From NCBI GenBank assembly GCA_963783305.1, contig CAWAMW010000007.1, positions 320,001 to 384,000 of the forward strand: a DNA stretch of 64,000 bases, read 5' to 3'. A program made the position numbers and the translations under genes. The stretch is from an uncultured Gemmatimonadales bacterium. Lineage in GTDB: Bacteria; Gemmatimonadota; Gemmatimonadetes; Longimicrobiales; RSA9. How positions within the stretch are numbered: position 1 is the first letter of the stretch; each line of letters opens with the position of its first letter. The notes beneath the pieces are model-generated. The model was given only the letters and a program-made list of their open reading frames with translations, did not search any database and was not told the origin of the DNA. Of the stretch, positions 25,632 through 38,041 are shown one piece after another.

Positions 25632-26422
25632 TATCGGATCCCTCCCTGGGCCTTCAACAGAGCGACGACCTTCTCGGCCACCTCTTCGATGCTTCCCTCG
25701 ATCAGCTCGGCGCCGGCACCCTGCTCCGGAACGAAGTAGTCGACGCGCTTCACCTTCGCCCCCTCGGTCCCGACGCTCTCCGGGGCGAGGTCGAGCGCGC
25801 TGGCGTCCAGGACCGGGATGTCGATGGAGGCGACCTTCCGGATCCCCCGGATGCCGACGTAGCGGGGCTCGTTGATGCCCGTCTGGATCGAGAGCACGCA
25901 CGGCGTATCGATCTCGCTGATCTCCTGGCTTCCGCCCTCGATCTCCCGGCCGATGCGGAGCGAGCCGTCGCCGTTGGTCTCAATGAGGTTGACCACGGAG
26001 GCGTACGGCCAGTCCAGGAGGGCCGCCAGCATCCCGCCCACCTGCGCGGCGCCGTCATCGGCCTGCGCGCCGGTCAGGATCAGATCGTACTCTCCCTGCT
26101 TCGCGGCGGCGGCCAGGATCGTCGCGGTGCCGAGACCGTCGGAGCCCTCGAACGCAGCGTCACTCAGCAGGAGACCGCCGGACGCTCCCATCGCCATCTC
26201 CCGATAGACGACTTCTTCCCCTTCCGAGTCGTCGACGGAGACGATGGTCACGTCACCGCCGTCCCGCTCGACGATCCGGACGGCCTCCTCCACCGCGTAG
26301 TTGTCCCACTCGTTGACCGAATAGACCAGGTCATCACGCTGGATGTCTCCGCCGTCCGGTCCGACCTTGATCTCGTTCTCCGCCGGGTCCGGAACCCGTT
26401 TCACGCATACCAGGATGTTCAT
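25631..26422 (-). CDS. etfB: Electron transfer flavoprotein beta subunit
   Basis: MNILVCVKRVPD, NEWDNYAVEEA, TGAQADD, INEPRY; TAATG overlap with etfA. Confidence 0.95.
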   Translation of the reverse strand: MNILVCVKRVPDPAENEIKVGPDGGDIQRDDLVYSVNEWDNYAVEEAVRIVERDGGDVTIVSVDDSEGEEVVYREMAMGASGGLLLSDAAFEGSDGLGTATILAAAAKQGEYDLILTGAQADDGAAQVGGMLAALLDWPYASVVNLIETNGDGSLRIGREIEGGSQEISEIDTPCVLSIQTGINEPRYVGIRGIRKVASIDIPVLDASALDLAPESVGTEGAKVKRVDYFVPEQGAGAELIEGSIEEVAEKVVALLKAQGGIR

Positions 26423-26439
26423 GTCGCGCCTCGTTTCGT

Positions 26440-28497
26440 TCAGTTCTGAAGCTGTCGATCGATGAGCTCGACCAGGTCGATGGCTTCCATCTCGCCCTCG
26501 AGGCCGGCCACCTTGATGGCGTCCTCGATGTTCGTCAGGCAGTAGGGGCAGGCGGTGACGATGACGTCGGCGCCCGCGTCCCGGGCATGCTGCACCCGTA
26601 CCACGCCCATGCGCTGCTCCTCTATGGGCTCGTAGAAGAGCATCAGGCCCCCACCGCCGCAGCAGAAGGAGCGGTCGCGGCAGTGGCCGTCCATCTCGAC
26701 GCGCTTCAGGCCGGGGATGCCATCGATGGCCTGTCTCGGCGCGTCGTAGGTGCCGTTGTGCCGACCGAGATAGCAGGGGTCGTGGTAGGTGTACGTTTTC
26801 GACGAGTCCTCCAGCGGCGTCAGGGGGAGCCGTCCACCCGCGACGGCCTCCGCGATCAGCTCGCTGATGTGGCGGACGGGCGGCATGTCGGCGTAGTCGT
26901 GGCGCAGCGTGTTGAGCGTGTGCGGGTCGTTGACCACGATACTCCGCGCCTCCGACGCGCGGATGGACTCGGTGTTCTCCTCCTTCAGGATCTGGAAGAG
27001 CATCTCCTCGCCGAAGCGGCGGACGTCGTTGCCGCTGTCCTTCTCGTCCTTCCCGATCACCACGAAGTCGACGTCCCCCTTCGCGAGGACGCGGGCGGTG
27101 GCCTGCGCGATCTTCTGCATCCGGTCGTCGTAGGAGGTGACGCTGTCGACAAAATAGAGCGTCTCGGCGGTGTCGCCGTTCTCCACCAGCTTCACGGCCG
27201 CGCCGTTGTCGATGCCGTCCACCCACGCGGCGCGCTTCTTCTCGAGCTTGCCCCACGCGTTGCCACGCTTCTCGAGCGAGGCGAGCGGCTTCTGGATGGA
27301 CTGGGGCACGTTGCCCTCGTCCACCATGCCGCGGCGCAGGTCCACCATCTTGTCAATGTACTCGATCATGACGGGGCACTCCTGCTCGCACGCGCCGCAG
27401 GTGGTGCACGACCAGATCTCGTCCTCGCTGTAGATCCCGCCGATCAGGGGCGGGGACTCCGTGGAGGTCTGGCCGAGGATGGGGTAGTGCTCGAAGGCGT
27501 AGTCGCGCGCCTTGATGCTGATGAAGCGCGGGGAGAGCGGACGTCCCACGCGTGTGGCGGGGCAGTGGTCCGAGCAGCGGCCGCAGTCGACACAGCTGTA
27601 GAAGTCCAGCATGTGCTTCCACGTGAAGTCCTCGAACGTCCTGACGCCGAACGACTCGAGGTCGTCGAGGCCCTCATCGGACACGCCGTGGCGCACCGGC
27701 TTGACGTTGCCCCTCTCCAGCCGCATGAAGAACACGTTGAAGAGGGAGGTGATGACGTGGAAGTGCTTCCCGAAGGGGAGCAGGCAGAGGAAGAAAAAGA
27801 ACGTCAGGTCGTGGACGGTATAGGCGGCCAGGCCGATGGAGGCGAGCGTCGATCCGGCCGTTCCCGAGAGCCACGTCTCGAACGCCCACGTGAGCGTCAG
27901 CACGGTGGCGGCGTCCACGGCGGGGTCGGCGGCGAGCAGGCTGGCCTCGAAGAGGCTCTCGGAGAGCATGAGGATGGCGATCAGCCCGAGAACGAGCAGC
28001 GCCTCCGGGGTGTGGTCCTTGCCCAGCGTCTCCGGGACATCGTAGCGCCTCGGCTTGAAGAAGGCGCGCCGGATGGCGAGGATCACCACTGCCACGAACA
28101 CGGCGGTGGAGGCGTAGTCCTTCACGACGTCGTAGGCGACGCCGACGGCCCCATCGAGCCCGGGCATCCGGAACCCCGCGAAGATCCCGAGGAGCACGAG
28201 CTCCGTCGAGCGGATCGCCAGGACCAGGAAGCCGAGGAACACGATGATGTGGAGGACGCCCGCGAGCATGTAGCGCGGATGGCGCCACTGCGCGAGCCAG
28301 TACTTCAGGACCGCCGCCACGCGCTCGGGGATCCGGCCCGTTCGGGCGTCGGGCGCAGCGCGCCGCAGGGGCACCAGGCGCCGCGCCATCACCCACGCGA
28401 AGACGCCGATCCCCACCAGCGCGATCAGCAGGAACAGCAGGTTCGCCGGTAACCCGGCGATCGTCGCGGTCGCCGGGGAGAAGTGCTCCTGGACCAT
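26440..28497 (-). CDS. fadF: Membrane-bound Fe-S oxidoreductase (FadF/HdrD-like; ETF:(methyl)menaquinone oxidoreductase type)
   Basis: N-terminal TM domain with His residues (LHII, VHDL, KHFH); CVDCGRCSDHCP and CTTCGACEQECP; CCG domain YHDPCYLGR/FCCGGGGG/TACPYC. Confidence 0.9.
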   Translation of the reverse strand: MVQEHFSPATATIAGLPANLLFLLIALVGIGVFAWVMARRLVPLRRAAPDARTGRIPERVAAVLKYWLAQWRHPRYMLAGVLHIIVFLGFLVLAIRSTELVLLGIFAGFRMPGLDGAVGVAYDVVKDYASTAVFVAVVILAIRRAFFKPRRYDVPETLGKDHTPEALLVLGLIAILMLSESLFEASLLAADPAVDAATVLTLTWAFETWLSGTAGSTLASIGLAAYTVHDLTFFFFLCLLPFGKHFHVITSLFNVFFMRLERGNVKPVRHGVSDEGLDDLESFGVRTFEDFTWKHMLDFYSCVDCGRCSDHCPATRVGRPLSPRFISIKARDYAFEHYPILGQTSTESPPLIGGIYSEDEIWSCTTCGACEQECPVMIEYIDKMVDLRRGMVDEGNVPQSIQKPLASLEKRGNAWGKLEKKRAAWVDGIDNGAAVKLVENGDTAETLYFVDSVTSYDDRMQKIAQATARVLAKGDVDFVVIGKDEKDSGNDVRRFGEEMLFQILKEENTESIRASEARSIVVNDPHTLNTLRHDYADMPPVRHISELIAEAVAGGRLPLTPLEDSSKTYTYHDPCYLGRHNGTYDAPRQAIDGIPGLKRVEMDGHCRDRSFCCGGGGLMLFYEPIEEQRMGVVRVQHARDAGADVIVTACPYCLTNIEDAIKVAGLEGEMEAIDLVELIDRQLQN

Positions 28498-28516
28498 CAC
28501 GTCCTCCACCGGGGCC

Positions 28517-30334
28517 CTACCTGGCCCCGAACGATTCCTCGGGGATGTCGACGGTGACCGTGGTGCCCGAGAGGATCACCTCCATCTTCCCGAAGACCAC
28601 CGGGAGAATGGTCTGCGTGTAGAACTCCGCGCTCCTGATCTGGCCGTCGTAGAACGCCGCGTCCTTCGGCTTCGCGCCGGCCTCGAGCGCTTCGGCCGCG
28701 ATGCGCGCGCGCCACAGCAGCATCCAGCCGACGATGACGTCGCCGCAGACCTCGAGGAACGGGTGGGCGTGGGCCGCCGCGGCGGGGATGTTGCCGGTCA
28801 TGGCGGTCATGCCCAGGTGCCGGCCCACCTCTTCCAGGCGGATCAGCGCGCGCTCGATGGCGTCGGCCATGTCCGCGGTCCGGTCCGTGCCGGCTGCGGC
28901 GGCGGTCGTGGCCCGGATCTCGTCGGCGAGGTCGAGGATGGGCCGCCCGCCGTCCTGCCCGAGCTTCCGGAAGAGCAGGTCCATGGCCTGGATGCCGTTG
29001 GTACCCTCGTAGATGGGCGTGATCCGCACGTCGCGGAACAGCTGCTCCACGGGGTACTCCTTGATGTAGCCGTACCCGCCGTACACCTGCACGCCCAGGT
29101 CGCACACCTCGAGGCTGCGCTCGGTGGTGTAGGCCTTGGCGATGGGGATGAGGAAGTCGACGATCCCCTGGAACCGCTTCTGCTCGTCGGCATCGTCGGT
29201 GATGGCCATGCGATCGAAGCAGTGGGCGATATAGAGCGAGAGGCTCCGGAGCGCCTCCACGTACACCTTCATGTACATCAGCATCCGGCGCACGTCGGGG
29301 TGCCGGATGATGGGCACGCTCGGCGCATCCTTGTCGCGCATCTGGCGCAGGTCGCGTCCCTGGATCCGGGTGCGGGCGTAGTCGAGGGCGTACATGTAGG
29401 ACGCGCTGGCGCTGGCGAGGGCCTGGTCGCCCACCATGAGCCGGGCGTCGTTCATCATGAGGAACATCGAGCGCATGCCCTTGTTCGGCTCGCCCAGCAG
29501 AAGACCCCGGCACTGCCCCTTGCTGCCCAGCGCGATGGACGCCGTGCTGTTGCCGTGGATCCCCATCTTCTCCTCGATCCCGGTGCAGACCACGTCGTTC
29601 GGCTCGCCCATGCTGCCGTCCTCGTTCACCCAGATCTTCGGGACGATGAAGAGCGAGATGCCCGCCGTGCCGGCCGGAGCGCCGTCGATGCGCGCCAGCA
29701 CCGGGTGGATGATGTTGTCGGCCAGGTCGTGCTCGCCGGACGAGGCGAAGATCTTGTTCCCGACGATGGAGTACGTGCCGTCCTCGTTCGGCGTCGCCGT
29801 GGTCTGGAGGGCGCCCACGTCCGAGCCGGCCTCCGGCTCGGTGAGGAGCATGGTCCCGGTCCACTCGCCGGTGTACAGCTTCTTCAGGAAGAGCTGCTTC
29901 TGCTCGTCGGTCCCGAAGGTCTCGACGAGCTTTCCGGCGCCGTGGGTGAGGCCGGCGTACATGAGGAAGCCGAAGTTGGCCGCCTGCAGGAGGTTCGATG
30001 CCGCCGACGCCACCGATCGGGGCATGCCCTGGCCGCCCCACTCGGGGTCCTCGGTCATGGCCAGCCATTCCCCGTCCTTCAGGGCGCTCCACGCCTTGTG
30101 GAACGACTCGGGGACCGTCACGGCGCCGCTGTCGAAGCGGACCCCGATGCGATCACCATCGACCTGGGTTGGGAGGATCTCCTTGACCGCGAGCGTCCGC
30201 GCCTCGGAGATGACCAGATCGACCACCTTGCGGTTGAACTCGGCGAAGCGCTCGTGGTCGGCGAGCTTCTCGACCTTCAGCTGTTCGTGAAGGACGAAGT
30301 CTACGTCTCTGCGGTCGGCGAGAATCTGGGCCAT
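28517..30334 (-). CDS. Acyl-CoA dehydrogenase (long, about 600 aa class)
   Basis: TGTMLLTEPEAGSD, EEKMGIHG, QVYGGYGYIKEYPVEQ, IYEGTNGIQAMDL. Confidence 0.95.
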   Translation of the reverse strand: MAQILADRRDVDFVLHEQLKVEKLADHERFAEFNRKVVDLVISEARTLAVKEILPTQVDGDRIGVRFDSGAVTVPESFHKAWSALKDGEWLAMTEDPEWGGQGMPRSVASAASNLLQAANFGFLMYAGLTHGAGKLVETFGTDEQKQLFLKKLYTGEWTGTMLLTEPEAGSDVGALQTTATPNEDGTYSIVGNKIFASSGEHDLADNIIHPVLARIDGAPAGTAGISLFIVPKIWVNEDGSMGEPNDVVCTGIEEKMGIHGNSTASIALGSKGQCRGLLLGEPNKGMRSMFLMMNDARLMVGDQALASASASYMYALDYARTRIQGRDLRQMRDKDAPSVPIIRHPDVRRMLMYMKVYVEALRSLSLYIAHCFDRMAITDDADEQKRFQGIVDFLIPIAKAYTTERSLEVCDLGVQVYGGYGYIKEYPVEQLFRDVRITPIYEGTNGIQAMDLLFRKLGQDGGRPILDLADEIRATTAAAAGTDRTADMADAIERALIRLEEVGRHLGMTAMTGNIPAAAAHAHPFLEVCGDVIVGWMLLWRARIAAEALEAGAKPKDAAFYDGQIRSAEFYTQTILPVVFGKMEVILSGTTVTVDIPEESFGAR

Positions 30335-30370
30335 GTTGCCTCGGTTTTGGTTGAGCGGTTGTCCGCGTCG

Positions 30371-31537
<1,167 letters not shown>

Positions 31538-33796
31538 TTACCCCTCTTCCTTGACGGTGCCCGCAAACTCAACGGCCTCTTCCTGCTTCCCGGTCCCGCC
31601 GCCCCTCGGCTCGGCCGGGGTGTCCGAACCCGCTGCCTGGCCGGCTCCGTGGAACTGACCGCCTTCCTCGGCGAGCCGCATCATCTGCTCGGTCGGCTCG
31701 TAGAGCTTTCCGAGAGACTCGTACTTCCCGGCCGTCTCCACGAGCGCGCCGATCCCGACCGCATCGGCGTACCGGAATGGTCCGCCGCGGAAGGGCGGGA
31801 ACCCGAGCCCGTAGACCAGCGCGATGTCGACCTCCACCGGCGTATTGACGATGTCGTCCTCGAGGCAGCGGGAGCACTCGATGAGGAGCGGGAGCATCAT
31901 GCGGTCGATGATGTCCTGGTCGCTGATCGCAGCGCTGTGGTCCGCCCGGGCCAGCGGCTCGAGCAGTGCCTGCGCCTCCGGATCCACCGTCTTCTTCGGC
32001 TTCCCCTTCCTGTCGGGCACGTACGCGTAGAAGCCCTTTCCGTTCTTCTGCCCGAACCGCTCGGCCTCGAACATGGCATCGATGGCGGTACGGTCGGGGC
32101 TCGACATCCGGTCCGGGTATGCCTCCGCCATCACCGCGTTGGCATGGTGGGCCGTGTCGATGCCCACCACGTCCAGCAGGTAGGCCGGGCCCATCGGCCA
32201 GCCGAACTTCTCCATCACCGCATCGATCCGGAGGAAGTCCACCCCTTCGCTGACCAGCTTCATGAAGCCGGCGAAGTAGGGGAAGAGCACGCGGTTGACC
32301 AGGAAGCCCGCACAGTCGTTCACGACGACCGGCGTCTTGCCCATGGCCAGCGCGTATGCGACGGTCGTGGCGACCGCCCGCTCGCTCGACTCCTCGCCCC
32401 GGATGACTTCCACCAGGGGCATCCTGTGGACCGGGTTGAAGAAGTGCATGCCGCAGAAGTTCTCCGGCCGCTCCAGCCCTTCGGCGAGCCGAGTGATGGA
32501 GATCGTCGAGGTGTTGCTGGCCAGGATCGCCTCGTCCTTGACGTGGGCTTCGGCCTCCGCCAGCACCGACTTCTTGATCTTCTCGTTCTCCACCACCGCT
32601 TCCACGACGATGTCCACGTCCCCGAAATCGCCGTAGGTGAGTGTCGGGCGGATCCGGGTCAGGACATCCGCCATCTCGTCCGCGGTGATCTTCTCGCGGG
32701 ACAGCTGCTTCCCCAGAAGCTTCCGCGCCTCGGCCAGACCGAGATCGATGGCCTTCTCCGCGATGTCCTTCATCACGATGGGGACGCCCTCGGACGCCGA
32801 CTGGTAGGCGACCCCACCTCCCATGATCCCCGCGCCCAGCACCGCGGCCGACTCCACCTTCGGAGCGGTCGCCGCCATCTTCTTCGCCACCTTCTTCACG
32901 TACTGGTCGCCCAGGAAGATCGTGACGAGATTGGCGGCGGTGGGAGTCTTGGCCATCCGCGCGAACCCCTTCGCCTCCACCCTCAGCGCGTCATCGCGAC
33001 CCATCGTCGCCGACTGCTGAATCGCCTTGATCGCGGCGACGGGCGACGGGTAGTTCGGGCCCGCCTTGCCAGCGACGAAACCCTTCGCGGTCTCGAACGC
33101 CATCATGCTCTCGACCATGTTCAGCTTGAGCGGCGAGATCTTTTCCAGCCGGCGCCCCTTCCAGTCCCTCCGGCCCGCCATGGCCTGCTCGAGCAGATCC
33201 AGCGCGCCCTCCCGCAGCTTCTCCGGCGCGATCACCGCGTCCACCACACCCGTCTTCAGCGCCGTCTCGGCGTCGTACTGGCTGCCGCCAGCAATCCACT
33301 CGATCGCGTTGTCCGCTCCGGTGAGGCGGGAGAGCCGTACGGTGCCGCCGAATCCCGGGAAGATCCCCAGCTTCGTTTCCGGCACCCCGACCTTCGCCGT
33401 GGTGGCCATGACGCGGTAGCTGGTCGTGAGCGCGACCTCGAGTCCGCCGCCGAGCGCGACGCCGTTGATCGCCGTCACCGTCGGGAAATCGAAATCCTCG
33501 ATCGTCGAGAAAACCCGGTGCACGTCCAGGAGCCAGTCCACCAGCTGATCTTCCGCGTAGCTGAAGTAGTCCGTGAACTCGGTGACATCGGCTCCGACGA
33601 TGAAACCGTCCTTCCCGCTGGTCACAAGAAGGCCCCGCACGTCCTTGTCGGCGTCGAGGAGCGCCACCACCTCACCGAGCTCGTCCAGCGTCGCCCGGTT
33701 GAACTTGTTGACGGAATCACCCTGGAGATCGAACCGTAGCTCCACAATCCCGTTCTCGAGTTCGGAACACTGAATCGACTGCCCTTCGAACGTCAT
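31538..33796 (-). CDS. fadB: Fatty acid oxidation complex alpha subunit (enoyl-CoA hydratase/3-hydroxyacyl-CoA dehydrogenase)
   Basis: [53 protein letters not shown]. Confidence 0.95.
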   Translation of the reverse strand: MTFEGQSIQCSELENGIVELRFDLQGDSVNKFNRATLDELGEVVALLDADKDVRGLLVTSGKDGFIVGADVTEFTDYFSYAEDQLVDWLLDVHRVFSTIEDFDFPTVTAINGVALGGGLEVALTTSYRVMATTAKVGVPETKLGIFPGFGGTVRLSRLTGADNAIEWIAGGSQYDAETALKTGVVDAVIAPEKLREGALDLLEQAMAGRRDWKGRRLEKISPLKLNMVESMMAFETAKGFVAGKAGPNYPSPVAAIKAIQQSATMGRDDALRVEAKGFARMAKTPTAANLVTIFLGDQYVKKVAKKMAATAPKVESAAVLGAGIMGGGVAYQSASEGVPIVMKDIAEKAIDLGLAEARKLLGKQLSREKITADEMADVLTRIRPTLTYGDFGDVDIVVEAVVENEKIKKSVLAEAEAHVKDEAILASNTSTISITRLAEGLERPENFCGMHFFNPVHRMPLVEVIRGEESSERAVATTVAYALAMGKTPVVVNDCAGFLVNRVLFPYFAGFMKLVSEGVDFLRIDAVMEKFGWPMGPAYLLDVVGIDTAHHANAVMAEAYPDRMSSPDRTAIDAMFEAERFGQKNGKGFYAYVPDRKGKPKKTVDPEAQALLEPLARADHSAAISDQDIIDRMMLPLLIECSRCLEDDIVNTPVEVDIALVYGLGFPPFRGGPFRYADAVGIGALVETAGKYESLGKLYEPTEQMMRLAEEGGQFHGAGQAAGSDTPAEPRGGGTGKQEEAVEFAGTVKEEG

Positions 33797-33816
33797 GGGA
33801 GCCTCCGTTTGGCAAC

Positions 33817-33834
33817 TGAATGAGCGCTCATCAA
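33817..33834. promoter_or_regulatory. Palindromic operator upstream of fadB, similar to the FadR(YsiA)/TetR box
   Basis: TGAATGAGCGCTCATCAA with perfect core ATGAGCGCTCAT, about 20 nt before the fadB start. Confidence 0.7.
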
Positions 33835-34149
33835 GCGGCTGTTGGTCAGCCCGGTCGGCCGCCGCCGCGTCCAGATCGAGGCGAGGAGCCTCTACTGACC
33901 GTCCGGGCAATAACTCTATAACTGGGGTCCGCGCGGGGACCTGGCCAGAGGGGTTTCCCTTATTCTGATGCGGGGGAAGGGACTACGCCTCGCATGCGGG
34001 GTCCGAGAGGAGGGGGCCGTCGACCGGCGAGACGGGTCACCCTGGTCGGGAAGAGCGCCCCCGTCCTCGACGTCGTGCCCGCGGGATGGCAGCGGCGGGG
34101 GGGCTTCGATCAGTGCCGAGGCCGAGGCCCTGCTGATGCCGTCGTCCGG

Positions 34150-35061
34150 CTACGGTGAAGTGTCGCGCTTCTCCACCTCGATGGAGATGAAGTGAACCCG
34201 GCTGTTCCGGTCGCGTATCCGGCGCTCGATCCGATCCACCGCCTGGTCGATCTGCCCGGCATCGAGGTCCGGCCGGAACTCCAGATCCAGGTTGGCGAGG
34301 ATTGCATCCGGGCCGACGTGCATGGTGCGGATCCGTACGACGTCCTTCACGTCGTCATCCGAGATTGCGGCCTCCCGTATCTCGGCCACGTCCTCGGGCG
34401 TGCCCGCCTCGCCCACGAGCAGGCCTCGGCTCTCCCACGCGAGGACCCCGGCCACGACCATGAGGACCATGCCGATGAGCACCGATGCGCCCCCGTCGAA
34501 GTAGGGGTTGCCGAAGGTGGACCCCGCCCACACCCCCACCATGGCGATCACCAGCCCGGTCAGGGCGGCGGAGTCCTCGAGCAGGACGGCGAAGGCGGTG
34601 GGGTCCTTGGCGCGGCGGATGGCCGACCAGAGTCCGAACTCGCCGATGGAGCCCCGGAACTCCCGGTAGGCCACGAACAGCGCCGAGCCTTCGAACACCA
34701 TGGCGGCCGCGAGGACGATATAGCTGAGAGTGGGGTCGGAGATCGGGGACGGGTGGAGGAGGTGTTTGATCCCCTCGTAGATGCTCACGCCGCCGCCCGC
34801 GGCGAAGATGAGCATTGCCACCACCAGGCTCCAGAAGTAGACCTCCTTGCCGTAGCCGAACGGATGGTGCGTATCGGCGGTCCGCCGGCTGCGGCGCAGG
34901 CCCAGCAGGAGGAGGAACCCGTTCCCCGTGTCTACCAGCGAGTGGATCGCCTCCGACAGCATGGCGGAGCTGCCCGAGATCGCCGCGGCGATGAATTTGG
35001 TAATTGCGATGAGCGCGTTGCCCGCGATCGCCGCGTATATGGACTTTCGTCCGCCTGCCAT
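34150..35061 (-). CDS. Cation diffusion facilitator (CDF) transporter
   Basis: SEAIHSLVDT, HPFGYGKE, LEDSAAL, FDGGAS. Confidence 0.93.
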   Translation of the reverse strand: MAGGRKSIYAAIAGNALIAITKFIAAAISGSSAMLSEAIHSLVDTGNGFLLLLGLRRSRRTADTHHPFGYGKEVYFWSLVVAMLIFAAGGGVSIYEGIKHLLHPSPISDPTLSYIVLAAAMVFEGSALFVAYREFRGSIGEFGLWSAIRRAKDPTAFAVLLEDSAALTGLVIAMVGVWAGSTFGNPYFDGGASVLIGMVLMVVAGVLAWESRGLLVGEAGTPEDVAEIREAAISDDDVKDVVRIRTMHVGPDAILANLDLEFRPDLDAGQIDQAVDRIERRIRDRNSRVHFISIEVEKRDTSP

Positions 35062-35153
35062 GTGCCCCCTCGAGCCGATCGAATCCGCGGATAGTCGTGC
35101 GGGTGAATCGGCCCACGCTCTCCTGATTCCCCCCTGGTTCGGGCGCGGCAGAG

Positions 35154-35169
35154 TGCAAGGATCCGGCCG
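35154..35169 (-). promoter_or_regulatory. sigma54-like promoter upstream of the CDF gene
   Basis: Minus strand CGGCCGGATCCTTGCA, GG-N10-GC. Confidence 0.5.
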
Positions 35170-35254
35170 CGGGAGCGGCCTTGGACACGCGGCCGGCGCT
35201 ACGGCGACCCGCTCACTCGCCCGGCGCCGCGCGCTCAGGGTCCTCCCGATCTCA

Positions 35255-35494
35255 TCAGATCGCCTGCTCCGCGACGAAGACCTCGCCGTCCAGGTCGTCG
35301 AGCTTCCGCTGCATGTAAGCCCGAGCGTCCTGGACCGCCTGGTTGTAGATCTGTGGACCAATGGTGTCGAGAAAGAAGTCCAGCAGCAGCTCCGCCCGGA
35401 ACGCGCTCAACTCCTCTTCGAACTCCTGCAGATAGATCCCTCGCAGGCTCTCGATCATCCGGCCGCGCCGGTCGTCATCCAGTTTCAGCGACAT
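35255..35494 (-). CDS. DUF2164-family small protein
   Basis: F.AELLLDFFL..IGPQIYNQAVQDA motif. Confidence 0.85.
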   Translation of the reverse strand: MSLKLDDDRRGRMIESLRGIYLQEFEEELSAFRAELLLDFFLDTIGPQIYNQAVQDARAYMQRKLDDLDGEVFVAEQAI

Positions 35495-35624
35495 GCTGTA
35501 GGTTCGGGGTTCGGGTGCTGGGAGCAGGTCGGTGGCAACTCCGACAAACTAGGCGTGGGCGTGCCGTGGGGACAACGGCTAAGCCGGCCGCTCGAAACCC
35601 GCGGGTGGCGAACGAGTCGAGGGG

Positions 35625-36101
35625 TCACACGAGGTGGTAGAACGTCCCCAGGATAGCGCCGAATACCACGTGGGAAGCCAGCCCGAAGAGCGGCGTCCTC
35701 CGACCGTAGTTGAGGGCGAAGAAACCGGGCGGCTGGAGGGCGCGGCGGGCGGACGGCCCTTCGCGCTCCGTGGCCATCCGCGGGTGAATGGACGGCAGAA
35801 ACGGCATCAGGACCAGGACCACCCCCGAATGCACCATCCCCAGCAGCGCTCCGCTCCACCAGGACGCGTGGCCCAGGCTCTGGAACGCGGCCGCATAGCC
35901 GAAAGCGAAGATGTAGCCGTTGACGATGTGGATGCCGGCGCCCAGGAAGGGGGCGAGCCGACGGTTCGAGGTCACCATGGTGCCGAGGATGTAGGGCAGG
36001 CTCATGCGGGTCCAGCCGCGGAACATGGCTCCTTCCAGAAGGGTCGTCATGACGATGGTGGCGATCCCGCCCCAGATCAGCGTGTCCATGACGTTCACCA
36101 T
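35625..36101 (-). CDS. Conserved hypothetical 4-TM membrane protein
   Basis: WGGIAT, TRMSLPYILG, HIVNG, HPRMA, PPGFFALNYG..TP...HVVFG. Confidence 0.8.
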   Translation of the reverse strand: MVNVMDTLIWGGIATIVMTTLLEGAMFRGWTRMSLPYILGTMVTSNRRLAPFLGAGIHIVNGYIFAFGYAAAFQSLGHASWWSGALLGMVHSGVVLVLMPFLPSIHPRMATEREGPSARRALQPPGFFALNYGRRTPLFGLASHVVFGAILGTFYHLV

Positions 36102-36114
36102 TCCCGCGCCTCCT

Positions 36115-38019
36115 TCATGTCTGACCGGCCTCCGAAGCGGTAGCGGGCCGCGTCGTCTCCGGCGCCCGTGCCCGCTCGTCGGGTGCATCGCCGCGGGCGC
36201 GGGCGATCTCGACCGCGGCGGAGATGAGACCCACATGGCTGAACGCCTGCGGGAAGTTGCCGAGGAGCGCGCCGGAGCGCGGGTCCAGCTGCTCGGCCAT
36301 CAGCCCCACGTCGTTGGCGAAGGAGGCGGCATGCTCGAGAACCCGCTCCGCCTCATCGGTCCGGCGCTGCATCGCGAGCAGACGCGCCTCCCAGAAGCTG
36401 CACGCGTGAAATGCGCCCTCGCCAGGGGGGAGCCCGTCATCGTAGCGGTAGCGGTAGAGGAGGCCGTTGGACCCGAGCCGCTCCCGGACGCGGTCGAGGG
36501 TGGCCGTCATCCGGTCGCTGCCCGGCTCCGCGTACCCCATGACCCCCAGAAGGAGGAGTGCGGCGTCCACCTCGTTGGAACCGTCCCAGGCGACGTAGCT
36601 GTCCACCTCCGGGCTCCACGTGTTCTCCTCCACCCAGCGCCGGATCGCTTCCATCTCGCGCCTCACGACGCTGTGCGGGCGCCGGAGCCGGATGCGGCCG
36701 TCCAGGGCCAGGTCGAGGATGCAGCGGAGTGCGACCCAACAGAGCGCCCTGGAGTGGGTGTAGTGCCGCCGGGGGTCGGCCACCTCCCAGATCCCGTTGT
36801 CGGGCTCACGCCAGCTGTCGCACACCACCTCGGCCACCTGGCCGAGCAGTGCGGCCTCGCTGTGGTCGAGCTCGCCGCCCCGCTGAACGAACACCCATGC
36901 AGAACGAGCCACCTCGCCGTACAGATCGAGCTGAAACTGGTGCACCGCCCCGTTCCCGATCCGGACCGGACGCGACCCCCGATACCCGGCCAGGTGCTCC
37001 AGATCGGATTCTGGGCGATCGGTGCGGCCATGGACGTCGTACACGACCTGGAACTCGGGTGCGGTCAGCCGCGTGGCGCCCAGGAGCCAGCCCAGAAAGG
37101 CCTCGCCTTCTTCCGTGAACCCGAGGTGGAGGAGAGCCTCCAGGGTGAGGGAAGCATCGCGGAGCCAGCAGAAGCGGTAGTCCCAGTTCCGTACGCCGCC
37201 GGGGTCTTCCGGCAGCGAGGTGGTGGCCGCGGCCAGCATCGCGCCGGAGGGCGGGTAGACCAGGAGCTTCAGCGCCAGCAGGCTGCGGACGACCTGTTCG
37301 CGGTGGGGGCCCCTGTAGCTCGACCTGCTCACCCACTCCCGCCACCAGTCGCGCGTTTGGCCCAGCCGCTCGTCCGCCGCCGCGCCGAGCGGTGCCGCGG
37401 CCACCGGACCGGCGTGCTCGCTCGTCAGCGACAGGTAGGCCCGGTCGCCACAACGCAGCGTCGCGCGGCCGGTCCACGCCCCGGCGGAACCGGTTGGTTC
37501 GAGGGGGATGTCGGAGCGAAGCAGGAGGATGTCGGAGCCTCCCCCGAACTGGATCCCGAACCGCCCGGCACGCCGCGCATCGGGTGCCCGGCGACCGTAG
37601 TCGAAGCGGGGATCGCACAGCGTCTCGATCTCCACCTCGCCGGCGAGGCATTCGACCCGCCGCAGGATCTCGTGGTCGGCGGTGAGTCCGTCGCGGGCCG
37701 GGTGTAGACCCGTCAGGATCATGGCATCGGTGAGCCGGACCGTGCCGGTGTCGGTTCGGAAGGTGGTCTCGAGAACGTTGGTATCGGGCGCGTAACGGCG
37801 CTCCGACCGATAGTCGGCTACGGGCGCCACGCGGAACCGGCCGCCGCGATCAGTGTCGAGGAGCGCGCCGAATACGGAGGCCGAGTCGAAGCGCGGCAGA
37901 CAGTACCAGTCGATGGAACCGCCGCGGGAAACCAGCGCGGCCGTGCGGCAGTCGCCGATCACGGCATAATCGCCGATGTCCGGCTGATCGGTCCCGGCGC
38001 GCCGCTTCGCGTCCGTCAT
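36115..38019 (-). CDS. Glycoside hydrolase family 15 (trehalase/glucoamylase-like)
   Basis: [50 protein letters not shown]. Confidence 0.95.
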   Translation of the reverse strand: MTDAKRRAGTDQPDIGDYAVIGDCRTAALVSRGGSIDWYCLPRFDSASVFGALLDTDRGGRFRVAPVADYRSERRYAPDTNVLETTFRTDTGTVRLTDAMILTGLHPARDGLTADHEILRRVECLAGEVEIETLCDPRFDYGRRAPDARRAGRFGIQFGGGSDILLLRSDIPLEPTGSAGAWTGRATLRCGDRAYLSLTSEHAGPVAAAPLGAAADERLGQTRDWWREWVSRSSYRGPHREQVVRSLLALKLLVYPPSGAMLAAATTSLPEDPGGVRNWDYRFCWLRDASLTLEALLHLGFTEEGEAFLGWLLGATRLTAPEFQVVYDVHGRTDRPESDLEHLAGYRGSRPVRIGNGAVHQFQLDLYGEVARSAWVFVQRGGELDHSEAALLGQVAEVVCDSWREPDNGIWEVADPRRHYTHSRALCWVALRCILDLALDGRIRLRRPHSVVRREMEAIRRWVEENTWSPEVDSYVAWDGSNEVDAALLLLGVMGYAEPGSDRMTATLDRVRERLGSNGLLYRYRYDDGLPPGEGAFHACSFWEARLLAMQRRTDEAERVLEHAASFANDVGLMAEQLDPRSGALLGNFPQAFSHVGLISAAVEIARARGDAPDERARAPETTRPATASEAGQT

Positions 38020-38041
38020 CGCGCTCCGCTCCCCCATGCGG

